Shown here: positions 34,273 to 42,885 of the stretch, one piece after another | Position numbering within the stretch: position 1 is the stretch's first letter | Layout of the letters: every line of letters begins with the position of its first letter | Source: an uncultured delta proteobacterium | Lineage (GTDB): Bacteria > Myxococcota > UBA727 > VGSZ01 | Direction of reading: 5' to 3' | DNA length: 64,000 bases | Assembly (NCBI GenBank): GCA_963775425.1 | Contig: CAVZJB010000016.1 | Location: 800,001 to 864,000, forward strand | Translations under genes and position numbers: made by a program | The notes under the pieces: generated by a model | Told to the model about the DNA's origin: nothing | The model's input: only the letters and a program-made list of their open reading frames with translations | Databases searched by the model: none

Positions 34273-34810
34273 GGCCGAGATCTCGCATCAGCTCTGGTTG
34301 AAGTCGGTCATCGGCAAGGACCTGACCGACGGGGAGGCGCGCGAGCTGTTCATGATCAGCCGCCGCGAGCTGTACAAGAAGGGCGACCACCTCTTCGAGC
34401 AGGGCGACGACCCCATCGCGCTGTTCCTCCTCGCCGAGGGCACGGTGGAGATCGTGAAGACCACCGGCAACCGCCACACCACCACGCTGGCGGCGCTGTC
34501 GGGCGGCAGCATCGTCGGCGAGATGTCGCTGCTCACGCGGGAGAAGCGCTCCGCCGCCGCCGTCGTCACCACCGACCAGGCGATGGCGCTGCGCGTGTCG
34601 TGGAAGGACTTCGAGGAGCTGCTCGAGCAGAACCCGGCGGTCGCCTACAAGCTCATGTACGCGCTCGCCCGGGTGTTGGCGTCGCGCTTGCGCAACATCA
34701 ACGCGCGCCTCGCCGAGATGGCCGAGCGCAACGAGAACAACGCGCCGCACGAGCAGATCGAAGAGTTCCAGACGTTCAAGAAGAAGCTCTTCTCCGACTG
34801 GAGCTTCTGA
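34262..34810 (+). CDS. Stand-alone cyclic-nucleotide-binding domain protein
   Basis: LFEQGD, EGTVEI, VGEMSLL, RSA; no HTH. GTG start overlaps the gdh 3' end. Confidence 0.85.
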   Translation: MGSKAEISHQLWLKSVIGKDLTDGEARELFMISRRELYKKGDHLFEQGDDPIALFLLAEGTVEIVKTTGNRHTTTLAALSGGSIVGEMSLLTREKRSAAAVVTTDQAMALRVSWKDFEELLEQNPAVAYKLMYALARVLASRLRNINARLAEMAERNENNAPHEQIEEFQTFKKKLFSDWSF

Positions 34811-34853
34811 GCGCGCCGTTGTCGACCCCCTCGGGCTTGTGTACGTCGTGCGC

Positions 34854-35444
34854 ATGGCCCTCGCGTACCGCTCCCTCACCCCGCGCACCGTGGCCGCCGC
34901 CGCCGGCGCCGCCGTGGGCCTGGCCGCGGTGTTCGTGGACACGCTCGTCCCCGGGAGCCCGCTCGACGTCGTGAAGGACCCGCAGGCTCCCCTCGGAGAC
35001 CTGGTGAACGCCTGGCTGTTCGTGGTGGCGAGCGTCCTCGAGCTCGCCACCATGCTGTTGTGGATCTACGCGGGCGCGCGGAACCTGGTGGCGCTCCGCC
35101 GCGAGGCGCTCCGCTACACGCCGTTCACGTCGGTGGCGTGGTTCTTCATGCCCATCGCGAACCTGTGGATGGGCTACCGCGTGCTCGCCGAGATCTGGCG
35201 CGCGAGCGATCCGGAGGCGCGCGATCCGGCGGCGTGGGTCGAGACCAAGGCGCCGCTCAAGCTGCTCGCCTGGTGGCTCATCACCCTGTGCGGCGTCCTC
35301 GGCGACGACGGCCCCACCGCCGCCGGCTTCGTCGGCGTCGCGGTGAACGCGGTGTCCGCGGGGATGTTCGTGCTGCTCGCGTTCGAGCTGCGCGATCGCC
35401 AGGATGCGCTCGCCGCGCGCCTGTCGCGATCCTTCAGCGAGTGA
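34854..35444 (+). CDS. DUF4328 family membrane protein
   Basis: WIYAGARNL...VAWFFMPIANLWMGYRVLAEIWRAS...LAWW. Confidence 0.75.
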   Translation: MALAYRSLTPRTVAAAAGAAVGLAAVFVDTLVPGSPLDVVKDPQAPLGDLVNAWLFVVASVLELATMLLWIYAGARNLVALRREALRYTPFTSVAWFFMPIANLWMGYRVLAEIWRASDPEARDPAAWVETKAPLKLLAWWLITLCGVLGDDGPTAAGFVGVAVNAVSAGMFVLLAFELRDRQDALAARLSRSFSE

Positions 35445-36747
35445 CGTCGCCGGTGAAGCGCATGAGGTCGACGGCGGCGGCGTCGCAGCGGGCGCGGGCG
35501 TGCACGAGGCCGCGCTGGGCGCTGACGGCGCGCGCCTGCACCTCGGCGGCTCGGACCACGTCGGCCTGGCCGGCGTCGAGGGCGCGCTGCACGTCGGCGA
35601 GGCCCTCCTCGACAATCTCCTTCTGGCTGTCCTCGTAGAGCTTGACGAGCGCGGCGGCGCCCTGGAGGCGATCGAAGGCGCTGCGCACGTCGGCCTCGAG
35701 CTCGCGGGCGGCGTCGGCGTAGAGCGCGTCGATGCGTTGCTCGTCGATGGCGGCGGCGCGGCCGGTGTCGGAGAGCGGCTCGAGGAACGGCAGCGCGATC
35801 GAGAGGCGGGCGCGCACGCTGTTCTGCTTGTCGAGCGGCTCGTCGTAGTAGCCGACGAGCACGTCCTCGACGTACGGGGCCCAGGCCGCCCACGCGAGCG
35901 ACGCCTGGATGTGCGCGCGATCGCGGCGCGCCTTGAGGGCCTGCAGGCGGACCGACTGCGTGCGCGCGCGGCGCACGAGCGCGTTGACGTCGGCGGGCGC
36001 GCCCGCGCACAGCGGCGTCGCCGGCGGCGCCAGCGACAGGGGCGCCGCCCGGCCGACGAGCGCGGCGAGCCGGTGCTCGGCGCGATCCGCGTCGCTGCGC
36101 ACGTCCTCGACGTCGGCGGCCGCGTCGAGGCGGCGAAGCGCGACGAAGCGGGCGTCGAGCGCCGTGGCCGCCTCCGCCTGCAGTTGCGCCTGCGTCTGCT
36201 TTTCGAGCCGCGCCGCGATCGCGAGCGCGTTTTCGGCCAGGCGCTCTTCCCCCCGCAGCGCGAGCACCTGGGCGTGCAGGGTGCGCACCTCGGCGGCGAG
36301 GTCGCGCTCGCGATCGACGACGTCGAGGTCGTCGGCCTGGGCCGCGGCGTCGTCGGCGAGGAGATCGGTGAGCTCCGCGGGGTTCGGGGGCTTCCAGTCG
36401 AGGGTGATGAAGGTGTCGTCGAGCACGCCGTAGGCGTTGCCGTTGTTGTCGGTGTGGGGCGTGCCGAAGAGACCATCGGCGCTGCGGTCGCCGACTCGAA
36501 GGCGAAACGGCGCGTACGACAAACCGCGCCGGAGCTTGTCGCGCTCGGCGCCGAGCCTCGCCGCCTGTACGGCCCCGCTGCGCTGGAGCGCGAGGCGCAC
36601 GGCGTCGTCGGGTGTGAGCCCCGCGCGGGGGGGTGCCGGTCCCGAGGGGGCCGGCGCCGGCGACGAGGACGCGGCCGTTGGAGCGGCCGGGCCGGCCGCG
36701 CCCCACGACGACAGGACGAGCCAGAGCGCCGCTGCCGGGAGCGTCAT
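35434..36747 (-). CDS. TolC family outer-membrane efflux protein
   Basis: Signal peptide; LTPDDAVRLAL; two helical repeats with LSIALP beta-strand; GQADVV...LMRFTG C-terminus. ATG overlaps the HlyD stop (ATGA). Confidence 0.8.
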   Translation of the reverse strand: MTLPAAALWLVLSSWGAAGPAAPTAASSSPAPAPSGPAPPRAGLTPDDAVRLALQRSGAVQAARLGAERDKLRRGLSYAPFRLRVGDRSADGLFGTPHTDNNGNAYGVLDDTFITLDWKPPNPAELTDLLADDAAAQADDLDVVDRERDLAAEVRTLHAQVLALRGEERLAENALAIAARLEKQTQAQLQAEAATALDARFVALRRLDAAADVEDVRSDADRAEHRLAALVGRAAPLSLAPPATPLCAGAPADVNALVRRARTQSVRLQALKARRDRAHIQASLAWAAWAPYVEDVLVGYYDEPLDKQNSVRARLSIALPFLEPLSDTGRAAAIDEQRIDALYADAARELEADVRSAFDRLQGAAALVKLYEDSQKEIVEEGLADVQRALDAGQADVVRAAEVQARAVSAQRGLVHARARCDAAAVDLMRFTGDVTR

Positions 36748-37877
36748 CGACGAAGCCCGACGACGGTTCCGGCGAACACGACGTCGAACGCCTGCCCCGG
36801 CAAGGGCGCCGGGAGCCCGTCCGCCGTCGACAGCGCGATGTAGATGGCGCGGCCGAACGTGGGCTGCGTGGGCACCACGCGAAAGCGCGGCGGCACCTCG
36901 GCGATCCCCGGCGCCAACGCCCGCACCACGCCCCGCCGCGGCGGCCCGCTCCGGTCCGACGGCCGCATGCTCACCTCGTCCCCGACGTGCACCCGCGGCG
37001 CGGCGCGCTCGTCGACGTACGCGACCACGCGCAGCGGGTGATCGTCGACGATGCTCACGAGCGCCTCGTCCTGCCGCGCCGTGTCCCCTTCGCTCACGAG
37101 CACGTCCGCCACCGACCCCGCAATCGGCGCCTTCAACACCAGGCTGCCCTTGAGGTTCTCGAGCTGCCGCACGCGCTCTTCCTGCGCCGCCACCTCCGCC
37201 CGCGCCGGCGCCACACGCTCCTCGAGCGGGCCCGCCTTCGCGTGCCCCTCCCGCCACGTCCCGAGGCAATCGTGGGTCGCCGCCTCGTGATCGCGGGCGG
37301 CCTTCAACAGGCCGTCGTACTCCGCCACCCGCTGCGCCAGCGACGCCCGGCGCAGCTTCAGCTCGTCGCGCTGCGCCGCCGACGCGAGCTTCTGCTCGAT
37401 GAGCTTGTCCTGCTTGGCCATCAGCTCGTCCAACTGCGTCAGCTCCGCGCGATCGCGCTTGGCCTCCGCCTCCAAAGCCGCGAGGTCCACGGTGGCGCTC
37501 TCCGCCTCCTGCGCCAGGCGCGCCGCGCTCTCGAGGTCGCTCCCCTGAAGATCCAGCTCACGCGCGACCGCGCCCGCCTTGGTGCGCTCGAGCTCCGCGC
37601 GCGCGATGGCGAGCTCGAAGTCGACGGACGCGGGATCGAGCTCCACCAGCGGATCGCCCGCGGCGACGACGTCACCGGGCCGCACCGCCACCTTCAACAC
37701 GCGCGCGGTGCGCGGCGCAGTCACCGACGCCTCCCGCACCTCCGCGCTCGCGGCCACCACGCCCACGGTGCCGATGCCCGGCGCCAGCACGAACACGACG
37801 ACGAGCACCGCCGCCCAGGCGATCCACGGAGACGCGCGCTTGATCCTCGGGTGCTTGCGCAGCGGATCAAAGCTCAA
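36744..37877 (-). CDS. HlyD/membrane-fusion periplasmic adaptor protein
   Basis: N-terminal TM; lipoyl halves VRPGDVVAAGDPLVELD and LKAPIAGSV..VSEGD flanking a long coiled-coil; beta-barrel AYVDE. Confidence 0.9.
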   Translation of the reverse strand: MSFDPLRKHPRIKRASPWIAWAAVLVVVFVLAPGIGTVGVVAASAEVREASVTAPRTARVLKVAVRPGDVVAAGDPLVELDPASVDFELAIARAELERTKAGAVARELDLQGSDLESAARLAQEAESATVDLAALEAEAKRDRAELTQLDELMAKQDKLIEQKLASAAQRDELKLRRASLAQRVAEYDGLLKAARDHEAATHDCLGTWREGHAKAGPLEERVAPARAEVAAQEERVRQLENLKGSLVLKAPIAGSVADVLVSEGDTARQDEALVSIVDDHPLRVVAYVDERAAPRVHVGDEVSMRPSDRSGPPRRGVVRALAPGIAEVPPRFRVVPTQPTFGRAIYIALSTADGLPAPLPGQAFDVVFAGTVVGLRR

Positions 37878-38547
37878 CCGTGGACTCCTGCATCGAGATC
37901 GCCACGTCCTGCGCCCCCGGCAGCGCCGACAGCGCGTGGATGAGCGCCTGCTCCTCGTCGAGCTTCTTGAACGAGAGCTGGTAGGCGAGCTCCATCTCGC
38001 TCCCCTGCGCGACCTCCCGCAGCGTCACCAGGGCGAAGCGTGTGCAGTGCGCGCGCAACACCTCCCGGAGCTTTTCGCCGGGCTCCTTCCCCGACGGCAG
38101 TCGCAGGCGCACGATGCCGTCGTACTGCCGCTGCGCGCCGAACCCCGTCAGGCGCAGCGTCGCGGCCACCGCGCAAAACAGCGTGGTGCCGACGACCCCG
38201 GTGGCGTAGTTGCCGGTGCCCGCGGCGATGCCGGACCCGAACGCCGCGAAGATGAACACCATGTCGAGCGGGTCGCGCAGGTTGGTACGGAACCGGATGA
38301 GCGCCAGCGTCCCGACGATGCCGATGCCGCGCGCGAGGCTGTTGCCGATGGCGAGCATCAACATCGCCGCCACGATGCCGCCGACGACGAGGGCCTGCAC
38401 GAAAGAGCGCGAGTACGACAAGCCGCGATAGGTCCACGCGTAGACCGCGCCGATGGTCTGGCTCATCAGGTACGCGACGAGGATCGACGCCACCGCCTGT
38501 CGCATGGTGGCGACGTCGAGAGCGCCGAGCTCGGTCCAGGTATCCAT
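37867..38547 (-). CDS. DUF4956 family membrane protein
   Basis: YRGLSYSRSFVQAL, IGNSLARGIGIVGTLALIRFRTNLRDPLD, C-terminal ACT-like domain. Confidence 0.9.
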   Translation of the reverse strand: MDTWTELGALDVATMRQAVASILVAYLMSQTIGAVYAWTYRGLSYSRSFVQALVVGGIVAAMLMLAIGNSLARGIGIVGTLALIRFRTNLRDPLDMVFIFAAFGSGIAAGTGNYATGVVGTTLFCAVAATLRLTGFGAQRQYDGIVRLRLPSGKEPGEKLREVLRAHCTRFALVTLREVAQGSEMELAYQLSFKKLDEEQALIHALSALPGAQDVAISMQESTVEL

Positions 38548-38612
38548 CGGTTCGCGGAGGAGAGCAGCCCCGCCTCCGATCCTCAAGTTACGCGCATCCA
38601 GCCGGTCCGCGA

Positions 38613-39395
38613 TCAGCCGGCGGCGACGGGCTCACGGCGCGCCGCGTCGAGGAGGGTGTCGCGGGCGTAGCTGCGCAGCACGCCGACGCCGTATTTGGAG
38701 AAGCCGCGGCGATCGAGCTCGAGCGTACGAAGCATGTGCACGATCCAACGCGGGACCTCGCGCTCGAACTTCACCTCGAGGAGCACCCGCGGATCGCTCT
38801 CGTCCATGGCGACGGGGTCGTCGGCGGCGCACCAGTGCGCGGGATCGCCCGCGAGGGTCCAGTCGCGGCAGCGCTGGAACTGGAGCCGGGAGTCGAAGGT
38901 CACGCGCGCGTAGCTCTCGGTGACGCCCTTATAGGCCTTGCGCTCGTAGCGCACGAGGAGGGCGGGCTCACAGCGGAAGCGGTCGCGGCGCGCACAGAAG
39001 TCGCGCTCGACGGCGGTGGTGCCCATCCCGCGCGCCCGCTCGAGCCACGCCTCCGGCGGGATCACGGCGCGGCGCTTGACGGTGATGTCCATGAGCTTCT
39101 GCTTCACCTCGAGGAACACCGGGCTGTCGCCCAGGCGCTCCCCGTAGCGCCGCACGCGCAGCTTGAAGCGCCGGCCGGTGCCGAGCTCCCACTCGCGCCA
39201 GAACGTGAGGCGAGGCGAGTCGAGGTAGAGGCTGGTGACGAGGTAGCGGCCGCCGGGCTCCTTCGCCGAGCTCTCGTCCTCGACGCAAAACGGCGCGATC
39301 AGCCGGTGCACCGCCTCCGCCTGCGCCAGCGTCAGCAGGAACTTGTGCTCGTAGCGCGGGGGGATGTCGTCGCCCGCCCCGCGCGCCTCGCTCAC
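38613..39395 (-). CDS. VTC-domain polyphosphate polymerase (CYTH/TTM superfamily)
   Basis: RYEHKF, SLYLDSP, KLRVRRYG, FLEVKQK, YERKAY, RVTFD, LLEVKF, FSKY. GTG overlaps the ferredoxin stop. Confidence 0.9.
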   Translation of the reverse strand: MSEARGAGDDIPPRYEHKFLLTLAQAEAVHRLIAPFCVEDESSAKEPGGRYLVTSLYLDSPRLTFWREWELGTGRRFKLRVRRYGERLGDSPVFLEVKQKLMDITVKRRAVIPPEAWLERARGMGTTAVERDFCARRDRFRCEPALLVRYERKAYKGVTESYARVTFDSRLQFQRCRDWTLAGDPAHWCAADDPVAMDESDPRVLLEVKFEREVPRWIVHMLRTLELDRRGFSKYGVGVLRSYARDTLLDAARREPVAAG

Positions 39396-39685
39396 GAGCC
39401 CTTCCGGAAGCGCGAGGGGAACCCCGCGGGGAAGGCCTTCTTCGGGTGCAGCCGTTGGGCGCGGCGCAGCAGCTCGACCTCGGGCTCTTCGCGATCGGGG
39501 TCGGGCAGGCACGCGTCCACGGGGCACACGCGGGCGCACGCTTCCTCGTCGTGGAACCCCACGCACTCGGTGCATCGCACCGGATTGATGACGTACAGCT
39601 GCTCCCCCGGCGAGATGGCGCTGTTCGGGCACGCCGGCTCGCACAGCCCGCAGTTGATGCAATCGTCGACGATGAGCGTGGCCAA
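39392..39685 (-). CDS. YfhL-type 2x[4Fe-4S] ferredoxin
   Basis: CINCGLCEPACP and CTECVGFHDEEACARVCPVDAC. Confidence 0.92.
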   Translation of the reverse strand: MATLIVDDCINCGLCEPACPNSAISPGEQLYVINPVRCTECVGFHDEEACARVCPVDACLPDPDREEPEVELLRRAQRLHPKKAFPAGFPSRFRKGS

Positions 39686-39749
39686 GGTCTCTGCTCCGGA
39701 GCCCTCACTGTACTGGCCCGGCGCGCCAAACGCATGCTAGAGACCGGCG

Positions 39750-41375
39750 GTGGTGCCCCCCGAGTACGAGCCGAGCCCGCTGTCCGCCCCCTGGTTCCGC
39801 GCCGTCCTGGTCGGCGTCGCCGCGGCGCTCGTCGGCCTGCTCGCGGGCCTCATCGTCGAGGCGTGGTGGGCCGCGGCCGTCGCCGCCGGCGCCGGCGCCC
39901 TCCTCGGCACCTGGGTGGTCCTCGCCATGCCGGCGCCGGAGGCGGAGCTGCTCGCCCGTTGGACCGAATACCTCCTCGATCACCCCCACGAGCGGGTCCC
40001 CGAGGGCCTGCCGGGGGTCCACGGCGCCCTGGCCCGCCGGATCAACTCGCTGATCGCCCGCGACGCGCCCCGGCCCGGGGCCCTCGTCCCGGCCACGCCG
40101 GCGGCGCCGGCCAAGAGCGAGGCGCCCAAACAGCCGACGGAGATCATCACGGTGCTCGCCGAGGCCCAGCGGCACGCACAGAACCAGGGCAGCTCCCTCG
40201 ACGACACCAGCGCCGCCATGGCCGAGATGGCGGCCACCGTGCGCACCATCGCGGCCAGCGTCGACTCGCTGGCCACGTCGGCGGAGGAGAGCGGCTCGAG
40301 CATCCTCGAGATGAGCGCCATCAACGACGAGATGGCGGAGAACATCCAGGAGCTCGCCGGCGCCATCGAGGAGACGGCGGCCTCCATCGAGCAGATGATC
40401 TACTCCATCAAAGAGGTCGCCAAGAACATCGAGGACCTCGCGTTGGCGGCGGAGCAGACGTCGACGTCGATGAACGAGATGGAGGCCTCCATCAACCACG
40501 TCGAGGAGAACGCCACGGCCACGGCGCGGCTGTCCGAGGACGTGATCCGCGACGCCGAGCGCGGCGCCGACGCCGTCAAGCGCACCCTGTTCGGCATCGA
40601 CGAGATCCGCCAGTCGTCCCGCACCGCAGGCGAGGTCATCCGGCAGCTCGGCGAGCGCATCGCCGCCATCGGCAACATCTTGAACGTCATCGACGACGTC
40701 GCCGAGCAGACCAACCTGCTGGCGCTCAACGCCGCCATCATCGCCGCGCAGGCCGGCGAGCACGGCCGCGGCTTCGCCGTCGTCGCCGACGAGATCAAGG
40801 ACCTCGCCGAGAGGACCGGCGCCTCCACCAAGGAGATCGCCGAGCTCATCCGCTCGGTGCAGGAGGAGTCGAGGAACGCCGTCACCGCCATCTCGCGCGG
40901 CGAGCGCAGCGTCGAGGCCGGCGTGAACCTCTCGCAGGCCGCGGAGGGCGCGCTCACGGAGATCGTGAGCTCGGCGGGCAAGGCCACGGAGATGGTGAAG
41001 GCCATCGCGCTCGCCACCGTGGAGCAATCCAAGGGCAGCAAGGTGGTGGCCGACGCCGTCGACCGCATCGCCCGCACCGTCCAGCAGGTGGCGGCGGCCA
41101 CGGCGGAGCAGGCGCGCGGCTCCGAGCAGATCATGCGCAGCACCGAACGCATGAAGACCCTGTCCACCCACGTGGAGCTGTCGTCGCAGGAGCAGTCCAA
41201 GGGCAGCAAGCAGATCGCAGGCGCCATCGAGCACATCAGCGAGATGGTGCGGCAGCTCCACCAGGCGCAATCCGAGCAGGCCCGCGGCAGCGAGCAGCTC
41301 CTGGCGGCGGTGGAGCAGCTCCGCTCGTCGCAATTCCGCCAGATCGAGATCCTCGAGCGCGTCGCCCGCCGGTAG
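39750..41375 (+). CDS. Methyl-accepting chemotaxis protein
   Basis: Two N-terminal TM helices; signalling hairpin [39 protein letters not shown]. Confidence 0.93.
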   Translation: MVPPEYEPSPLSAPWFRAVLVGVAAALVGLLAGLIVEAWWAAAVAAGAGALLGTWVVLAMPAPEAELLARWTEYLLDHPHERVPEGLPGVHGALARRINSLIARDAPRPGALVPATPAAPAKSEAPKQPTEIITVLAEAQRHAQNQGSSLDDTSAAMAEMAATVRTIAASVDSLATSAEESGSSILEMSAINDEMAENIQELAGAIEETAASIEQMIYSIKEVAKNIEDLALAAEQTSTSMNEMEASINHVEENATATARLSEDVIRDAERGADAVKRTLFGIDEIRQSSRTAGEVIRQLGERIAAIGNILNVIDDVAEQTNLLALNAAIIAAQAGEHGRGFAVVADEIKDLAERTGASTKEIAELIRSVQEESRNAVTAISRGERSVEAGVNLSQAAEGALTEIVSSAGKATEMVKAIALATVEQSKGSKVVADAVDRIARTVQQVAAATAEQARGSEQIMRSTERMKTLSTHVELSSQEQSKGSKQIAGAIEHISEMVRQLHQAQSEQARGSEQLLAAVEQLRSSQFRQIEILERVARR

Positions 41376-41559
41376 GCACCGCCGCGGCCACCCCTCGCCG
41401 CGGCCGGGAGCCCGCCGGCCGGATCCGCGGGACAGCACGCCCCGCGCGCCGCTGACGAGCCCGCCCGCGACGGCCGTCGTTGCGGCGGAGGGGCCCGAGG
41501 CGTACCTTGTCCCATCGCTTGGGACCCGTCGACGCGGTCGTCCCTTCGAGGAGGCCTGC

Positions 41560-42039
41560 GTGTTCGGCATCGGGATGAGCGAGATGGTGATCATCCTCGC
41601 CGTGGCGCTCCTGGTCTTCGGGCCCGACAAGCTGCCCGACATCGCCAAGCAGATCGCCAAAGGGCTGAAGGAGCTGCGGCGCGCCGGCGACGACCTCCGC
41701 GCCAGCATCGACTTCGACCTCGACGACGACAACCCGCGCCGCCGCCGCATCCCCCCGCCCCGCCAACCACCGGCGAACATCCCCAACAGCGCCCTCGCGG
41801 ACAAGCTGCCCGCCGAGGACGACGGCCCGCGCCTCAAGGACGTGTGGCCCAAGCCCGCCGACGGCGCCGTCGCGCAGAACGCGTCACCCTCGAGCCCCGC
41901 CTCCCCCGGCAGCGACGCGACCGCCGCGGAGCCGGCGGCTGCTGCGGCGCCGGCTGCGGCTGCGGCGACGGGGGCGGCGCCCGCTTCCCCGGCGCCGCCG
42001 TCCGCGGGCGCGGGGAGCGCGCCGAAGGGCGAGGCGTAG
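41560..42039 (+). CDS. tatB: Twin-arginine translocase TatA/TatB family subunit
   Basis: MFGIGMSEMVIILAVALLVFGPDKLP; GGAGG RBS; directly upstream of tatC. Confidence 0.88.
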   Translation: MFGIGMSEMVIILAVALLVFGPDKLPDIAKQIAKGLKELRRAGDDLRASIDFDLDDDNPRRRRIPPPRQPPANIPNSALADKLPAEDDGPRLKDVWPKPADGAVAQNASPSSPASPGSDATAAEPAAAAAPAAAAATGAAPASPAPPSAGAGSAPKGEA

Positions 42040-42885
42040 ATGGACGAGCGCGAGTACTCGTTGCTGGAGCACCTCACCGAGCTGCGCGGGCGGCTCGCCA
42101 AGGCGCTCATCGGCGTCGCCCTCGTCGCCGTCGCCGCCTTCGGCGTCTCCGATACGCTGCTCGAGGTCATCCGCGCGCCGATGCAGGTGGTGCTCGTCAA
42201 GCACTACGGGCCCACGGCGCACTTCGTCACCACGGGCGCCGCCGAATACTTCGTGTGCCAGATGAAGGCCGCCATCGTCGCCGGCATCTTCGTGGCGAGC
42301 CCATGGGTGCTCTACCAGATCTGGTCGTTCATCGCGCCCGGCCTGTACGAGCACGAGAAGAAGTACGTCGGGTGGTTCGTCGGCGCGGGCGCCTTCTGCT
42401 TCATCGGCGGCGCCGTCTTTTCGTACTTCATGGTCTTCCCGCAGATGTACGGGTTCTTCGTCTCCCAGCAGCCGGCGGACGTGCAGATGCTGCCGAGCCT
42501 CGACGAGAACTTCACGTTCACGCTGAAGCTGTTGGTCGCGTTCGGCGGCGTGTTCGAGACGCCGGTGGTGATCTTCATCCTGTCCATGGCAGGGATCATC
42601 GATCCCAGCACGCTCGGCAAGTACCGCCGCTACGTCGTCGTCGTCGCGTTCATCATCGGGGCCGTGCTCACGCCGTCGCCGGACATCTATTCGCAGTGCT
42701 TGATGGCGGGCCCGCTCCTGCTTTTGTACGAGATCGGGGTGCTCGTCTCGCGCATCACCGTGAAGATGAAGGGTCGTCCGCTCTCGCGGAAGGAGCGCGC
42801 CGCCGAGGAGGCCGCCAAGAAGGCCGGCACCGCCATCGTCCCCGCGGAGCCGCAGCCGCCGCCTGACGAGAAGCCGCCGCAGTGA
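42040..42885 (+). CDS. tatC: Twin-arginine translocase TatC
   Basis: LLEHLTELRGRL, YQIWSFIAPGLYEHEK, FETP, TPSPD, LLYE. Confidence 0.95.
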   Translation: MDEREYSLLEHLTELRGRLAKALIGVALVAVAAFGVSDTLLEVIRAPMQVVLVKHYGPTAHFVTTGAAEYFVCQMKAAIVAGIFVASPWVLYQIWSFIAPGLYEHEKKYVGWFVGAGAFCFIGGAVFSYFMVFPQMYGFFVSQQPADVQMLPSLDENFTFTLKLLVAFGGVFETPVVIFILSMAGIIDPSTLGKYRRYVVVVAFIIGAVLTPSPDIYSQCLMAGPLLLLYEIGVLVSRITVKMKGRPLSRKERAAEEAAKKAGTAIVPAEPQPPPDEKPPQ

